Positions 24,561 through 35,688 of a DNA stretch of 44,963 nt are shown piece after piece. This DNA comes from Nemertoderma westbladi. Its lineage: Eukaryota; Animalia; Xenacoelomorpha. The DNA lies in assembly GCA_032718475.1 (NCBI GenBank), contig JAUCBJ010000901.1, positions 1 to 44,963 on the forward strand. Direction: 5' to 3'. A program made the position numbers and the translations under genes. Positions within the stretch are counted from its first letter, which is position 1; every line of letters starts with the position of its first letter. Below the pieces are notes generated by a model that had not been told where the DNA came from, ran no database searches, and was given only the letters and a program-made list of their open reading frames with translations.

Positions 24561-26060
24561 GCACAGCTTCTACTGAACTAAGTGGATAGGGCAGTTGCTG
24601 AGGTTGGATTGCATATAAATGCAACCAAAACCGAATACATGAGATTTAGGGGGCGGGGGTGTTTACCCCCTGATTTTTTTTCATCAGATTTTTTTTAAAT
24701 GTGTTATCCGATGTAAAATTTTATGGTTATTCTGAATCTGAAATCAGTTTTTCGATAAGTTGTTTTGTTCTTGAGTTAAGGCAACTTTTGTAATTTTCAA
24801 CAAATATCTGAAAATTTTTTATTTTGGTGCAGCACCACATTTGACACCAAAAAAGACCATCAAACACCCAGAAATGTCGAAATATTTTGCCATTTTCGGA
24901 ATCAGCGCCGAAAATTAACCTATAGGTATCAAAACAAATTTTTGAATCATTTTTCATTCATCAAATCATTTTTGAAAAATTTAATAAAAAATTTCACTTT
25001 TGGTGCATGTTTGGTCAGTTGTAATCAGTAGGAAATTTAAAACACGTTTTTCTCGGTTTATCTTATTTTTTCCTAATAGTTCTGTAATTTTTAACCGATT
25101 TTAAATCTGTTTGCGTTTTTACGAAGCTCCTGGTGTCGCCAACAAACGATACTACCAGATTATTATTTTTTAATTATATCAAAAGTTATAGCATTTATAA
25201 TATCAAAATATGCTAATAATTCTTGTATTTTCAAAATTTGGGTATTTTTAGCATATTTTGATATTTTTTAAATGCTGTAACTTTTGATATAATTAAAAAA
25301 AAAAATATGGTAGTATCGTTTGTTGGTGACACCAGGAGCTTCGAAAAAACGCAAAACAGAATTAAAATCGGTTAAAAATTACAGAACTAGTAGGGAATTA
25401 TGTGCAAAAAATGATAAACCGAGAAAAACGTGTTTTAAACTTCCTCCTGATTACAACTGACCAAACATGCACCAAAAGTGAAATTTTCTTAAATTATTCA
25501 AAAATAATCCTCTTTTGCGGTTTTGATACCTATCGGCTAATTTTCAGCGCTGATTCCGAAAATGGCAAAATATTTCTAAATTTCTGGGTGTTTGACGGTA
25601 TTTTTTGATGTCAAATGTGGTGCTGCACCAAAATCAAAAATATTTATTCTTAAACATTTACAATTTTATTTTACTTCAGTCGTGCTATTTTTTATGTTAA
25701 TTCGTTTTACTATTTATCCGTTGGATAAGAATATGCATAATCATCAAATAAAAAATTTTCAAATTTTGGATGAAAATTACAAAAGTTACCATAACTGGAG
25801 AACAAAACAAGTTATCGAAAAACTGATTTCAGACCCCCCCCCCCCCCCCCTTAATGTTAAATGTTATCGATAATAATATACTAAAAAAACATTGACGATT
25901 TGATTCTTTGGACATGGATAAAGATCAGCATGCATAGAAGTTAGGAAAGCAACGGCATAGGTGGTAGTAAAGTAGAAAAATGGATACCATCTGGAAATCA
26001 TACCTGGATCTACTGGAATCTTATCAGATCTATTTTCTGACAAGTAACAACCAACACAAG
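24561..26060 (+). mobile_element. degraded RTE-like LINE reverse transcriptase fragment, split by the foldback element
   Basis: 24561-24648 reads AQLLLN*VDRAVAEVGLHINATKTEYMRF. After the insertion (from 25854) come N...NIDD...WIRSACIEVRKATA*...KMDTIWKSYL across frameshifts, matching the GL.IN..KT / WI / RKA.AW / IWKS motifs of RTE-clade elements. Confidence 0.7.
24649..25850. mobile_element. foldback-type non-autonomous DNA transposon (PIF/Harbinger-like ends)
   Basis: GGGGG...CCCCC termini flanked by TTA/TTA (24646-24648, 25851-25853). Imperfect ~500-bp inverted arms (~24735-25225 vs ~25240-25833) are centred near 25230. Removing the element restores the LINE frame (…ATG AGA TTT AAT). Confidence 0.75.
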
Positions 26061-26326
26061 GTATACGATCCCAAATTTGCTCTGCTTTAATGTAAATTTA
26101 GGTAAATTTAGTACCGGTATCGTATAGTTTAGGACATTTCAATTTCATTTACTCTATCAACTTAATCTTGCTTTCGCTGGGTAAATAGAAAATACCTCAA
26201 CAATAGTAAAAATAGGTTACATTTTATTCCCATGTAATAAACAAATAACCTCAAAAAAAACTCCAACGCAAATTGGACGCATATGAAAAAAAAAGTTGCG
26301 TATATTTTTTACACCGCCACTATAAC

Positions 26327-26538
26327 GGGCCAGAGTAAAATGCGGATCCGGATTCTACATTTAACATTGTCCCTACGGAAGTCGATTTTTTTACATTTTT
26401 ATAACTCCCAAAAATAAAACTATAACAAGTTCTATTGACTTTAGTTTATTGTTTTGGTTAAAATAACGTGCCACTGTAACCTGCTCCTTTCCCTTAATTG
26501 ATAATTTTGGAATCCGGATCCGCGTTTTACACCTACCC
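26327..26538. mobile_element. 212-bp MITE, Mutator-like (9-bp TSD)
   Basis: ~30-bp TIRs GGGCCAGAGTAAAATGCGGATCCGGATTC / GAATCCGGATCCGCGTTTTACACCTACCC, with flanks CACTATAAC (26318-26326) and CACTGTAAC (26539-26547). Confidence 0.7.
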
Positions 26539-27595
26539 CACTGTAACCTGCTCCTTCAACTTAATGTTTCAAATTAAATTATATTTTAAACCCGCAAAAA
26601 ACTTACTTAGTTTTTTCGGTCGTTTTGAGTCATCTGGAATATTTATGACGTCACGCTGACCCTGAAATAAAGTAGTAAATTGTTTGTGTGTGTGAATGGA
26701 TTTTGCATAAATTACTTGTAAACTTCGACCAAAAATATTTTTAAACACTTATTATAATTTTACTTTTTTTCGTTGGAAAGAGGTAGATATTAAGATTATA
26801 AGATTTTAGACTTAACTCACCTAGTTACATTTGTGCTGCAATTTAAATTGAGCTGGTCTTGAATCGGTGAGAAATCGAGTAAATAAAAAATGATCATCAA
26901 ACGTGTCCAACAGGTCATTAATTTCGTCGTGTGGACAAGTCCGAGCACTTGTGATGCTTTGGGGGCCTCATGGAAGAATAAGCATGGTGGCTGGTGGGCC
27001 TGGGCGGGCAGCCCCTAGCAATTCTTGAGACACCTCTTAGGACTCTGGCATTGAATATGCGGATAATCTCACGAGATTTAGGGAGATGTGGCAGCGCAAT
27101 TTTGTTGAAAAGCCGGCATAGCATTCTCAATGCAGTGGCAGCAATAGTTCAATAATTCAAGAAGACCATACATTAAATATTTGGCATTTACCGTTGACAT
27201 CCTGAGTTACACCTTTTCGCCGGTGAAATCTTTTAGAAAACAACAAATTTAGCGATGATTTTAATAATTAATTTACGTAACTTACAGTAATGATGATATT
27301 AAAGGTGATTCAATTCAAATAGATTACTCCATAGCTGTGGGGTTAAAACCGTTCGAAATGTGGAAATATAGATAACCGGTAACACAATAAAAGGGGCTTG
27401 GGCTGAGTCTGCTCTCAAACATCTGCCAATTCTTCCTAAACGTTTTCGATGATTCATTTATATTGCCACTGCGGCAATCGCAGACATCCTTATGGTGAGA
27501 AATACTATTACCAGCATATAATTAATTCATCCAAATTAATAAATAACTTCAGTTTTGGTTCGTCTTTTGCAACAACTGGGATCTGATTTACTTAC

Positions 27596-27661
27596 CAGCC
27601 TTTCCTTGATCACCAACCAGTACTTTTCATCTGCGTCACACAGAGAGAGGAGACGCCCAAA
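27596..27661 (-). other. candidate 66-bp exon of unknown gene or alternative SPT5 3' exon
   Basis: Acceptor ttgttttgtcttttaAG and donor CTG|GTAAGT; open frame FGRLLSLCDADEKYWLVIKERL. Confidence 0.4.
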
Positions 27662-27786
27662 CTTAAAAGACAAAACAACTAACAAGATACAAGATAACAA
27701 TTAGTTCAACTGGAGATTCGGGCCCCCAACATAAAAATAAGTAACCCTAACTGCGTGCAACGTAATGTAGCAACGTAACGTTACGT

Positions 27787-30336
27787 TTATAAGTGATTAA
27801 ACTCGTAATCATCGCGTAGTTTAGCCAAGGAGCGCCGTTCGAACATGGTGAGTTGACAGGAAACGGCCTCGAGATCGAGTTTCACTATTCCATCCTCCCC
27901 GTGGATGTAGTTTAGCACGCCAACTTTCTCCTTATCCTCGCCGACAATCACCTTAACGTTATCGTTCTTCTCGGGCATCACTGGGTCGAGATGTTCCGCT
28001 AGAATGTTCCGTGTTATTCCCTCTTCCTTCAGGAACACCGCGCACATGTTCCCAGTAACGCTGCGGATAACGCCGATCTGGTCTATAAGATCGAGATCGT
28101 CGTGGTGCGTCTGTTTAACCTTCACCATAATATCCGTGGTCTGCCACTCAACACCGGATAGCGTATCGGACAAACTCCCGGGGGTGGAACCGTACGGAGA
28201 CAGAGTAGCGCCTCCTGGTGTCCGCGGGGAGAAACTCATAGGGGAAGGGGTTGGGTAGGAGCCGGCTGGCGACGGGGTCTGGTACAGACTGTTACGAGGC
28301 AGCAGTCCCGCCGGACTGTTTGTATTCGCGTAACTAGCCGTAGACGGGCTGTCCGGCTCGCTTATAGACCCCGCGTGGTAGCGATCCGATGACGTCATAG
28401 TGGCGGCCGGACTGCGAGCGTAGGAATCGCTGGGGTTGTAGGGCGTCCCGCCGGAACTGAGCTGGTAGCTGGCGGGACTCTGGGACGGGTGGTAGGAGCC
28501 GTCTGCGTCGGGTACGCCCCCCAGCGGACTGTCCGCCAACCCGGTGGGGGAGGGCGTGGGGTAGCTGCTCGCGTAGGGCGAGTCCGTGTAGCTGGGTATA
28601 TTGCCGCCAGGGGTGGCGGGCGTGTGGGGCGCGGGCGTGTAGGAGTCGCCCCCTCTGCCCCCCTCCAGGCTCGCCCCACTCGGGGTCTTCGTGTAGGACG
28701 TCGAGGAGCCCCCGCCGCTCGGACTCGAGTCCTCCATCAGGTCGAACTCCTCGCCGTATCCGGAGCGAGCCGGCGTGTTGGTGGGGTCCCAGGGACCCGG
28801 CGTACGGGATCCCGCCTCGTGCAGCGGGGTTTGGCCCCCGCCGTAGTGCGGCGTGCGCCCCCCGCCGTCCCCGTAGCTGGGCGTCGCCCCCCCGTACATC
28901 GGGGTGCGCCCACCGGGCGCGTACATGGGCGTCGTGCTCCCGTACATGGGCGTCCGCACGTACATCGAGGTCAACCCGCCCTTTTTGAACTCGACCGGGG
29001 CGAGTCGCGTCCTGTCGACGGATATCGTCTGACACGATGTGTGCAGTTCGACCCTGGCCGTCGACTCGGTCGCGTCCTTTACGATCCCCACGTAGCCCTT
29101 GTAGGGCCCCTGTCGGATCCTCACGGTCTGCCCAATCATCTCGTTATCCCGTCGCGTGCTGCCCCTCCCGGCCCCCCGGGGGGTCCTCCCGGGGGTCTGC
29201 CCCACCCCGCCCCCGCCGTGGGGGGACGGACTGCTGAGACGCGGCGACATGTAGGGGGCGACCCCGGGGGATTGGGTCCGCGTGCCCCCCGCGAGCAGCA
29301 CGTCCCGACTCCGACACACGAAGATCCCCCCGTTGTCCGTCATCATCCGGGAGTGGAGGAACACGTGGCTCCGGAAGATGTGTCGGATGTTGCCATGACG
29401 ACCGGAATGCGGCCCGTCAATAACCTTAGCGACGTCCCCAACTTGTATGTGGTTCTGTCCGGAATCCAAAGCAACCGCAAAGCGAAACTCCATCTTCTTT
29501 ACGATGGAGGTTTGTTTCAACCGAATTAATTTATCTTTCATCGACAATATAAGGAAGTATTCCTTCTCTAGACGGACAATAACGCCGACCGTCTGCGGGT
29601 CCAACTGCACCAGATCGCCCCACTGATACTGTCCGGAGGAGTCCACACCCGTGGACACGTCCGTGCACAGCTGTAGGTCGCGGGGCAGCACGTGAACCTC
29701 GTGCATCGTCAAATCCGAGAAGAGAACCACCATGTTGTCCTCGACGCGGACGATCAGCCCGGTGTCGTCTGCGTATCGACCCCCGATTACCTTGACGTGG
29801 TCCCCCATCCGGAAGGACTTCTTCAGTTCCTGGGCCTCGAACTCGAGCGGCTCGTTAAGGTCGTCGTGCCGCGGTACGATGGTCACCTTGTTGCCGCTCA
29901 CCGATACGACCTTCCCCTGTAGATGCAGCAACTCCCCTTCAACCACCTCGACCGCATCCCCGGGACCGATGTTCCCCGCGTTCTCCGTCGTCTCCGTTCC
30001 GACCTCCATCTCGATCCCTTCGATGTGTTCCTCGAACTTCTCCAACTCGGAAAGCGTCGGTTTGACCCCGTCGCTGAGTACGGCCGACATGTTGAAGACT
30101 TTGTGGAGAAACCCTCGCTTATCGAATCTATTCCCCTCGAACAGATACATCCCGTGTTCGATACTCACGTCCCCGCCGATCTTCTTCACGGAATCCACAT
30201 CGAAGAGTTTCGCGGCCGGTTTTCGTTTGCGTTTCTTCTCGTCGGTTCCTCGTAGGATTCCTCGCTTCCGGCTGTAGTCGATCCGCGGAAGTAGCTTCAC
30301 AGTGACGTTGTTGTTACTCGATTCTACTTTCTCGAC
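27787..30336 (-). CDS. SUPT5H: transcription elongation factor SPT5 (DSIF large subunit), exon 2
   Basis: Acceptor tttattgtttgtAG|GTC. Reads [24 protein letters not shown] repeats ([60 protein letters not shown]), CTR TPxYG repeats and C-terminal KOW domains. TAA stop. Confidence 0.97.
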   Translation of the reverse strand, partial: VEKVESSNNNVTVKLLPRIDYSRKRGILRGTDEKKRKRKPAAKLFDVDSVKKIGGDVSIEHGMYLFEGNRFDKRGFLHKVFNMSAVLSDGVKPTLSELEKFEEHIEGIEMEVGTETTENAGNIGPGDAVEVVEGELLHLQGKVVSVSGNKVTIVPRHDDLNEPLEFEAQELKKSFRMGDHVKVIGGRYADDTGLIVRVEDNMVVLFSDLTMHEVHVLPRDLQLCTDVSTGVDSSGQYQWGDLVQLDPQTVGVIVRLEKEYFLILSMKDKLIRLKQTSIVKKMEFRFAVALDSGQNHIQVGDVAKVIDGPHSGRHGNIRHIFRSHVFLHSRMMTDNGGIFVCRSRDVLLAGGTRTQSPGVAPYMSPRLSSPSPHGGGGVGQTPGRTPRGAGRGSTRRDNEMIGQTVRIRQGPYKGYVGIVKDATESTARVELHTSCQTISVDRTRLAPVEFKKGGLTSMYVRTPMYGSTTPMYAPGGRTPMYGGATPSYGDGGGRTPHYGGGQTPLHEAGSRTPGPWDPTNTPARSGYGEEFDLMEDSSPSGGGSSTSYTKTPSGASLEGGRGGDSYTPAPHTPATPGGNIPSYTDSPYASSYPTPSPTGLADSPLGGVPDADGSYHPSQSPASYQLSSGGTPYNPSDSYARSPAATMTSSDRYHAGSISEPDSPSTASYANTNSPAGLLPRNSLYQTPSPAGSYPTPSPMSFSPRTPGGATLSPYGSTPGSLSDTLSGVEWQTTDIMVKVKQTHHDDLDLIDQIGVIRSVTGNMCAVFLKEEGITRNILAEHLDPVMPEKNDNVKVIVGEDKEKVGVLNYIHGEDGIVKLDLEAVSCQLTMFERRSLAKLRDDYEFNHL

Positions 30337-30647
30337 CTACAAACAATAAAAGGTGAATAAGAAGCGTTTTATAGCAAAAATAGAAACGTAATTATTCAGA
30401 TGTAGTTGGTTGTTTGTTAGTTAGTTAGTTGAGAGAAAACTGATTCACTGTTAGTCCACACGAGAGACAACAATCTACAACCACAACATGCGTGCTTCTG
30501 TCATTAATTTAATATATAATGTGTGTAGCCCCTCCCCACCTCCTCAAACCAAACTGTCTGCTTAAGATTACACCCGGTAATTCATATGATTATATTATAT
30601 CTATTGCATGCCCGAAACATATTCATTGTATTTATATCTGATAGACA

Positions 30648-30693
30648 AGGCGTTCTAGAACTACAATTCTAGAACTGTAGTTCTAGAACGCCT
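30648..30693. repeat. 46-bp palindrome with three TTCTAGAA units
   Basis: AGGCGTTCTAGAACTACA-ATTCTAGAAC-TGTAGTTCTAGAACGCCT in the SPT5 intron. Confidence 0.9.
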
Positions 30694-30994
30694 AGCTGGT
30701 GGATCTTATTTTATACAACAAATTTTTTTATGGTACCCCACCGAAATATAGCCAGATATGATATAAACTAACAAAAAGTTATTCCAAAACGTTTGTATTT
30801 ATTAAAAACGGGAAACACGGTAGGCCTCGAATAAATGGCATCGATCAAATAAAAACCTCAACCCTTTAAACGGACATATTTCAGTTATTTTGTATTTCGA
30901 AAATCGACTCGGAAGGAACTTCTGATCCACCCGGGATAGAGCCGATTCCAATCTCAACTGTATAAGAACGGGAACTTGACGACTGGTTCAACGC

Positions 30995-32258
30995 ACCTAA
31001 CTGAATCTGAAATATTTAATGTCGTAAATAAATCAGCGAACAACAAAGCCTGCGGCCCGCATCGAATCTACAATGAACAAATAAAACAATGATTATCTCT
31101 ACACTCACAATGCTTTGCAACGTCTGCCTCGATATGTTCAATTCCTTTTACCTTGTCGCCCAGCATCATTAACATAGTACAACTGAACCTGAAGTACTAC
31201 TAAATTGCTATTACCAATACCTGTATTTTGAAACTATTTGAACTTCAATAAAAAATGAAAGAGTAGAAAGTAACGTTAGAAACTTATGGCCCGGTGAATA
31301 GTATGGATTCATTCGAAGTATATCGACGACTCAGGCTCTTGGGAAACTTTAGAGCGATATATCCGCAGTTATACACTCACTGAGCTCAACTGACAACAGT
31401 CATCTTGAACAATTTATGCCGCTTTTATCGATTTTCGGAAAGAGTTCTTTCTATGTTGTATATAATTAATTAACACACATTTGTTTATTGCTGACCTCGC
31501 CCTGACTCTCCGCCAGGCAACCGCAATTATTCGGTTCATTTTCTCCGTAGATGACTTAGTTATATATTCTCGCGAAAAAGGAAATTGTTAATTTAATTGT
31601 CAAATTCAGGAAAGCAGTAAGATTAGCCCATTCAGATAAATTATACAACTCTAGTAAAAGGTTTCAAATGTGCAACGGATAAGATTATCTTGGGGTTCTT
31701 TTTCAACCATCTGTGTTTTACTAAACATATAGAACGGAAGAAGAGGAAATCCTACGGAGCTATCGGTTATCTTACAAACTTCAACATGTTGTATTGAAAC
31801 CGGAATGAAGTTTTCTTGGAAATATGTAAATTCTTTAAACTCAAAACTCTTCAAGAAATCGACAAAATTAAATCAACCTGCAGAAATTGGCTTCTTCAAC
31901 AATGGCTTTAAAATTAATAAATTCAATGTCATACAATAACATCCCAATATATTCAAATTCAAACCCGATTTCTGACAAGAATATAAAAATTATCGCCGAA
32001 GCCGCAATGAACGTTTCGCCGATCAGCCTAGGCCTATATATATGGACCAGCGTTCACCTCAACGACTTGGAAAGGAGCTAATCAACGATACCGGCAAGTA
32101 GTTTAGTTACACGATGTACCTCTCACTCTCATGGTTTCTTTCCATCACAAACTATGTAGAAACATGACCCCCTTCCACACAATTGCAGAGGAATGTAACT
32201 GTAGATTCTGCAATGCGAATGCAGACAATCGCTACCATTGTCTCACTTGCACGGAGTG
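30995..32258 (+). mobile_element. degraded non-LTR retrotransposon (LINE) in the SPT5 intron, antisense to SPT5
   Basis: Ordered RT motif remnants NKACGPHRIYNEQIK, YGFIRSISTTQAL, FIDFRK, FSVDDLVI, DYLGVLF, IW...LNDLER and a C-terminal CNCRFC...RYHCLTC finger, with many stops and frameshifts. Confidence 0.75.
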
Positions 32259-32479
32259 ACCCACCCCACACTACAGCACTAGGTGAACTAGTGTGGGGTG
32301 AACCCCTGGGTCGTACTCTCATTCTGCCTGATCCCCGCTCTATGCTGACTGCCTTGTTTTATTATATGGGATATATCTCTTAGAATCTGAAACACTTTAA
32401 TATAGAGTAATATTATTTCTGTCTTTAAAGATCGAATGGAATAGCGATACTGTAGGCCTATGTAAACGTACTGACGCAC

Positions 32480-33280
32480 CTGGGCGATGTCGTCCTTAAA
32501 GACACCCCGTTTCATCCGCACCCAGGCGCCCGGTTTCAGTTGCTTCGTATCCCGAACGACCCGCAATACATCGGCCATCTCGTGTATGGGAATCATCTGC
32601 TGTTTCCAGTAGCCCATGGAGAGGTTGCGCACGTTTGCGACGGCGTGTTTCACGTGAGTCTGTTTGTAGGACTCCACGTAGATATATCCCTTCAACCCGT
32701 CCACCGCAACGGCTGATTTTATCTGCAGCGGTTCGTCGCTCGATACATCCATAGCGATAAACTTTCGCATGAGTTGTATAACGGTAGCGTGTTCCTCCCC
32801 CATCTTACACTTTACCAGCCATAGATTAGGGTCCTTGACCCCGGGTAACAGACTCTGCTGCTCTATCTCGTCCGGTACCCCCGAGTCGCCCTGACCGTAC
32901 CTGTCCGATCGCCGCGCCTCTCCCGCGTACTTCTGCCGGAAGTACTCCGCCATCTCCTCCTCGTCTTGGCTGCTCAGCATCTGATGGAGCCTTCGGGCCC
33001 CCGCCCGCTCCTCCGCATCTGATCGGTCGCCGGCCAGACTCTCTCGCTCGATGAGCTCCTGGGCTCCGTCTTCCCATTCGTCTTCCTCGTCCGGCTCCCC
33101 GTCGTCGTCGACTTCCGCCTCGTCTAGGATGAATCCGCCGTGCCCCGGACGCGATCTCTTCCGCGGTATCGGTGACTCCTCATCCTCCTCCTCTGAATCC
33201 TCTTCTTCTTCCTCGACCGATTCTTCTCCGCCTTCCGAATGTTCCATATCGGAATCGCTACCTTCGCTGTCTGACATCAT
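32480..33280 (-). CDS. SUPT5H: transcription elongation factor SPT5, exon 1
   Basis: MMSDSE start, acidic N-terminus, [15 protein letters not shown] domain ([20 protein letters not shown]...KGYIYVE), KOW1 start [15 protein letters not shown]. Phase-0 donor CAG|GTGCGT; 2143-bp intron. Confidence 0.97.
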
Positions 33281-34134
33281 AAAGTATTTCAACTTTCTGA
33301 CTTTATTCTTATAGAACTAATACGGCTGTACGGGAACAAGTGAAATCGTACCCTGGTTAAAACTTATCCGAACAAAAACGTACCCGAATATTGGGTAGGC
33401 CCTACGTTTTAACAATGATGCAATGCAGCAATGGGCATTGCAGCATTGGCTGATTGGGTACCTGTACGCAGGTACGTACCTATTGACTCTCGTTTATTGT
33501 TTTGGTTACCGGTACCGACATGAGACAGTGAGAGTAAAAACCCAAGCGATTATTTTGTGAACATCCAATGATATTGCCTGTTTTATAAATGCTTTAATTA
33601 AGCTGTTAAGTTGTTATGGGATGTTCTGTTTGATTGGTTGTTATATGACAGTATGATTTACTTGCTAATCTTGGCCAGTATTAAATACACTAAATCAACA
33701 AGCACTGACAGACTGATCAATGTGTACAGCTATACAGTAGGTGTAGGAGTCAATATGTTTCACAGGAGGCATGATGGAGGGGGGGGGGACTTTTCGAAAA
33801 CCTATCTTGGTGAATTAAAAGCACATCCCGGCGAATTAGCAATGATAATTATTAAGTGATGGAAAGTATTATTTATATTATATCTGTATTACGTATTAGG
33901 CCTATATACCTACATTAAATCAGTAAATGTCCAGTTACTCTGGTTACTGCTGTGTATTGTACGATATGACAGTACTTTACAAAGATTAAAGCTGTAAAGA
34001 GGCCTGGCCTCTATCCTAGAACCTAGAGGAAGAGTCCATCAATTGTATTATAATCTTAAGTACATTCCTGCATTCTTTCATTATTACGTCAGTCACTGCA
34101 AACAATCACTCATAGCGTCATAGGTAAGTGTGTT

Positions 34135-34377
34135 GGGTTTGACTAAATACGCCACCGACAACCACCGACACCTTTCGCATACCACCCACCACCGACAACA
34201 AAAGACACAAACCGACAGGTAAGATCGCAAACCGACAGTATACCGACAACTTCGGCAATGTTCAGATGTTAGTAAACGATTTCAGTACATGATTATACAA
34301 TTTTTATTTCCAGTCCAAATATTTATAACAAAGTATATTGTCCACTGTCGGCCTGTTGTCGGTGGTGTAATTAGTCA
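34135..34377. mobile_element. Mutator-like terminal region/MITE with ACCGACA sub-repeats
   Basis: Inverted repeat TGACTAAATACGCCACCGACAAC (34140-34162) / GTTGTCGGTGGTGTAATTAGTCA (34355-34377), GGG start and multiple ACCGACA motifs. A related TTGTCGGTGG lies at ~41658 beyond the LTR element. Confidence 0.5.
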
Positions 34378-34423
34378 TGATAATTTCTTTAAAATATAAT
34401 ACCGCCTTCATATATTATCTTGT

Positions 34424-34595
34424 TGTAGTGACTGATTGACCCTTGTTCACTGATTGACCTTTATGAATATTGTGTAACTCTTAGTTGTGTTATATAGCTA
34501 TATAGGAAAGCAGTTTACAGGTGACAGTTTAGTTACAGTAACTTGTTTGATTGTATATGTTGTTCGACATTGATTATTATATGTGGCAGTCTACA
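34424..34595 (+). repeat. 5' LTR
   Basis: TGTAG...CTACA, identical by eye to 41401-41572. Confidence 0.97.
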
Positions 34596-34596
34596 C

Positions 34597-34616
34597 TGGT
34601 GTCAGAAGTGGGATTC
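34597..34616 (+). promoter_or_regulatory. primer binding site complementary to tRNA-Leu 3' end
   Basis: TGGTGTCAGAAGTGGGATTC, 1 nt after the LTR. Confidence 0.85.
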
Positions 34617-34671
34617 ATGATCAATATCAATTTACCAGCCGAAGAACAAATTATCAACATTCACAACCAGA

Positions 34672-35688
34672 ATGGAAGACAATAAGCCAGACAAACTATT
34701 AATACAAACGCATTTTGAAGTTCCACCAAAGTTAGCAAATGAGGACCGTGAATCTATCGAAAATTTCTTTCGCGATTTCCGCCTGGCTTGCACCGTAAAT
34801 GGCTGGGTTGATCAAGAGGGAATTCGTCGTTTGCCTGCTTATGTTCCTTACAAGATTCGTGTTCTCTTGGATACCAGTCTTCCCACTTTCGATGACATCG
34901 AAGTAAATCTATATACAAAGCTATGGCCAGGAAATGCAATTAGATTTGCGATGCGACGAGCATTTAAAGCTAAACAACAGCCAGGCGAATCTGTTCTCGC
35001 TTATTATGCCTCTATTTCAGACATTTGTAAGAACGCATTTGCTGGTATTGCAGTAACCCATAGGAATAATTTGGCAGTTTCTGTCTTTGTTGCTGGTCTA
35101 CGTGACGAATTGCGGGAGAAACTTACCTTGAAGGATCCAGGAAATTTAGAGAGTGCCTTCTCTCTTGCGCGAAATGAGGAATTGAAGTCATCATATAAGC
35201 AATCTCCATCAATATCGTCTTCGTCTGTGGCAGATAATGAATACCTTAACTATGAAGATGAGGTTGATGCTGTTAGGTTTTCTGGCGCAAATGCTCAGAT
35301 ACGTGAGTCAATCCTCTGCTACTGTTGTCAAGGTCGTGGCCATATACAACGAGATTGTCCTTCAAAAACCCAACAACTAAAACAAGGCTATAGACCTCAG
35401 GCCACTGAGGGAATGCGGCAAAATATGAGACCACCACGGTTTCAACAACCTCGTTATCAATATTTTCGAGCACCCCATATTCAACACTTCCAAAATCCAA
35501 CAAATTATCGCGCTAGTGTTGCACCAGTTACAGAACAGGCATTTAATAATACGATGGAACAATCAATCAATGGTTTCCAGTACGCTCAAGATTATAACCA
35601 GTATCAACCAGCTACGACTGACGCTAACTACATTTCGGATTCTATGCAACAATCTTCCGCGGTTGATTTAAACTTCCAACAACAGTGA
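34672..35688 (+). CDS. gag: Gag (capsid + CCHC zinc knuckle)
   Basis: QQPGESVLAY major-homology-like region, FVAGL, and CYCCQGRGHIQRDC (CX2CX4HX4C). Confidence 0.92.
   Translation: MEDNKPDKLLIQTHFEVPPKLANEDRESIENFFRDFRLACTVNGWVDQEGIRRLPAYVPYKIRVLLDTSLPTFDDIEVNLYTKLWPGNAIRFAMRRAFKAKQQPGESVLAYYASISDICKNAFAGIAVTHRNNLAVSVFVAGLRDELREKLTLKDPGNLESAFSLARNEELKSSYKQSPSISSSSVADNEYLNYEDEVDAVRFSGANAQIRESILCYCCQGRGHIQRDCPSKTQQLKQGYRPQATEGMRQNMRPPRFQQPRYQYFRAPHIQHFQNPTNYRASVAPVTEQAFNNTMEQSINGFQYAQDYNQYQPATTDANYISDSMQQSSAVDLNFQQQ

Noticed and set aside
28004-30277. Several overlapping ORFs of 66-346 aa within SPT5 exon 2
   Set aside because: Shadow ORFs expected from GC-rich coding sequence; no recognisable domains.
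32288-32479. ORF-track C-terminal extension of SPT5 exon 1 ([10 protein letters not shown]...)
   Set aside because: Read-through into the intron; homology continues at 30336 after the GT-AG splice.
34597-34616. tRNA-like sequence
   Set aside because: Only the ~18-20 nt complementary to a tRNA 3' end, i.e. the retrotransposon PBS, not a tRNA gene.
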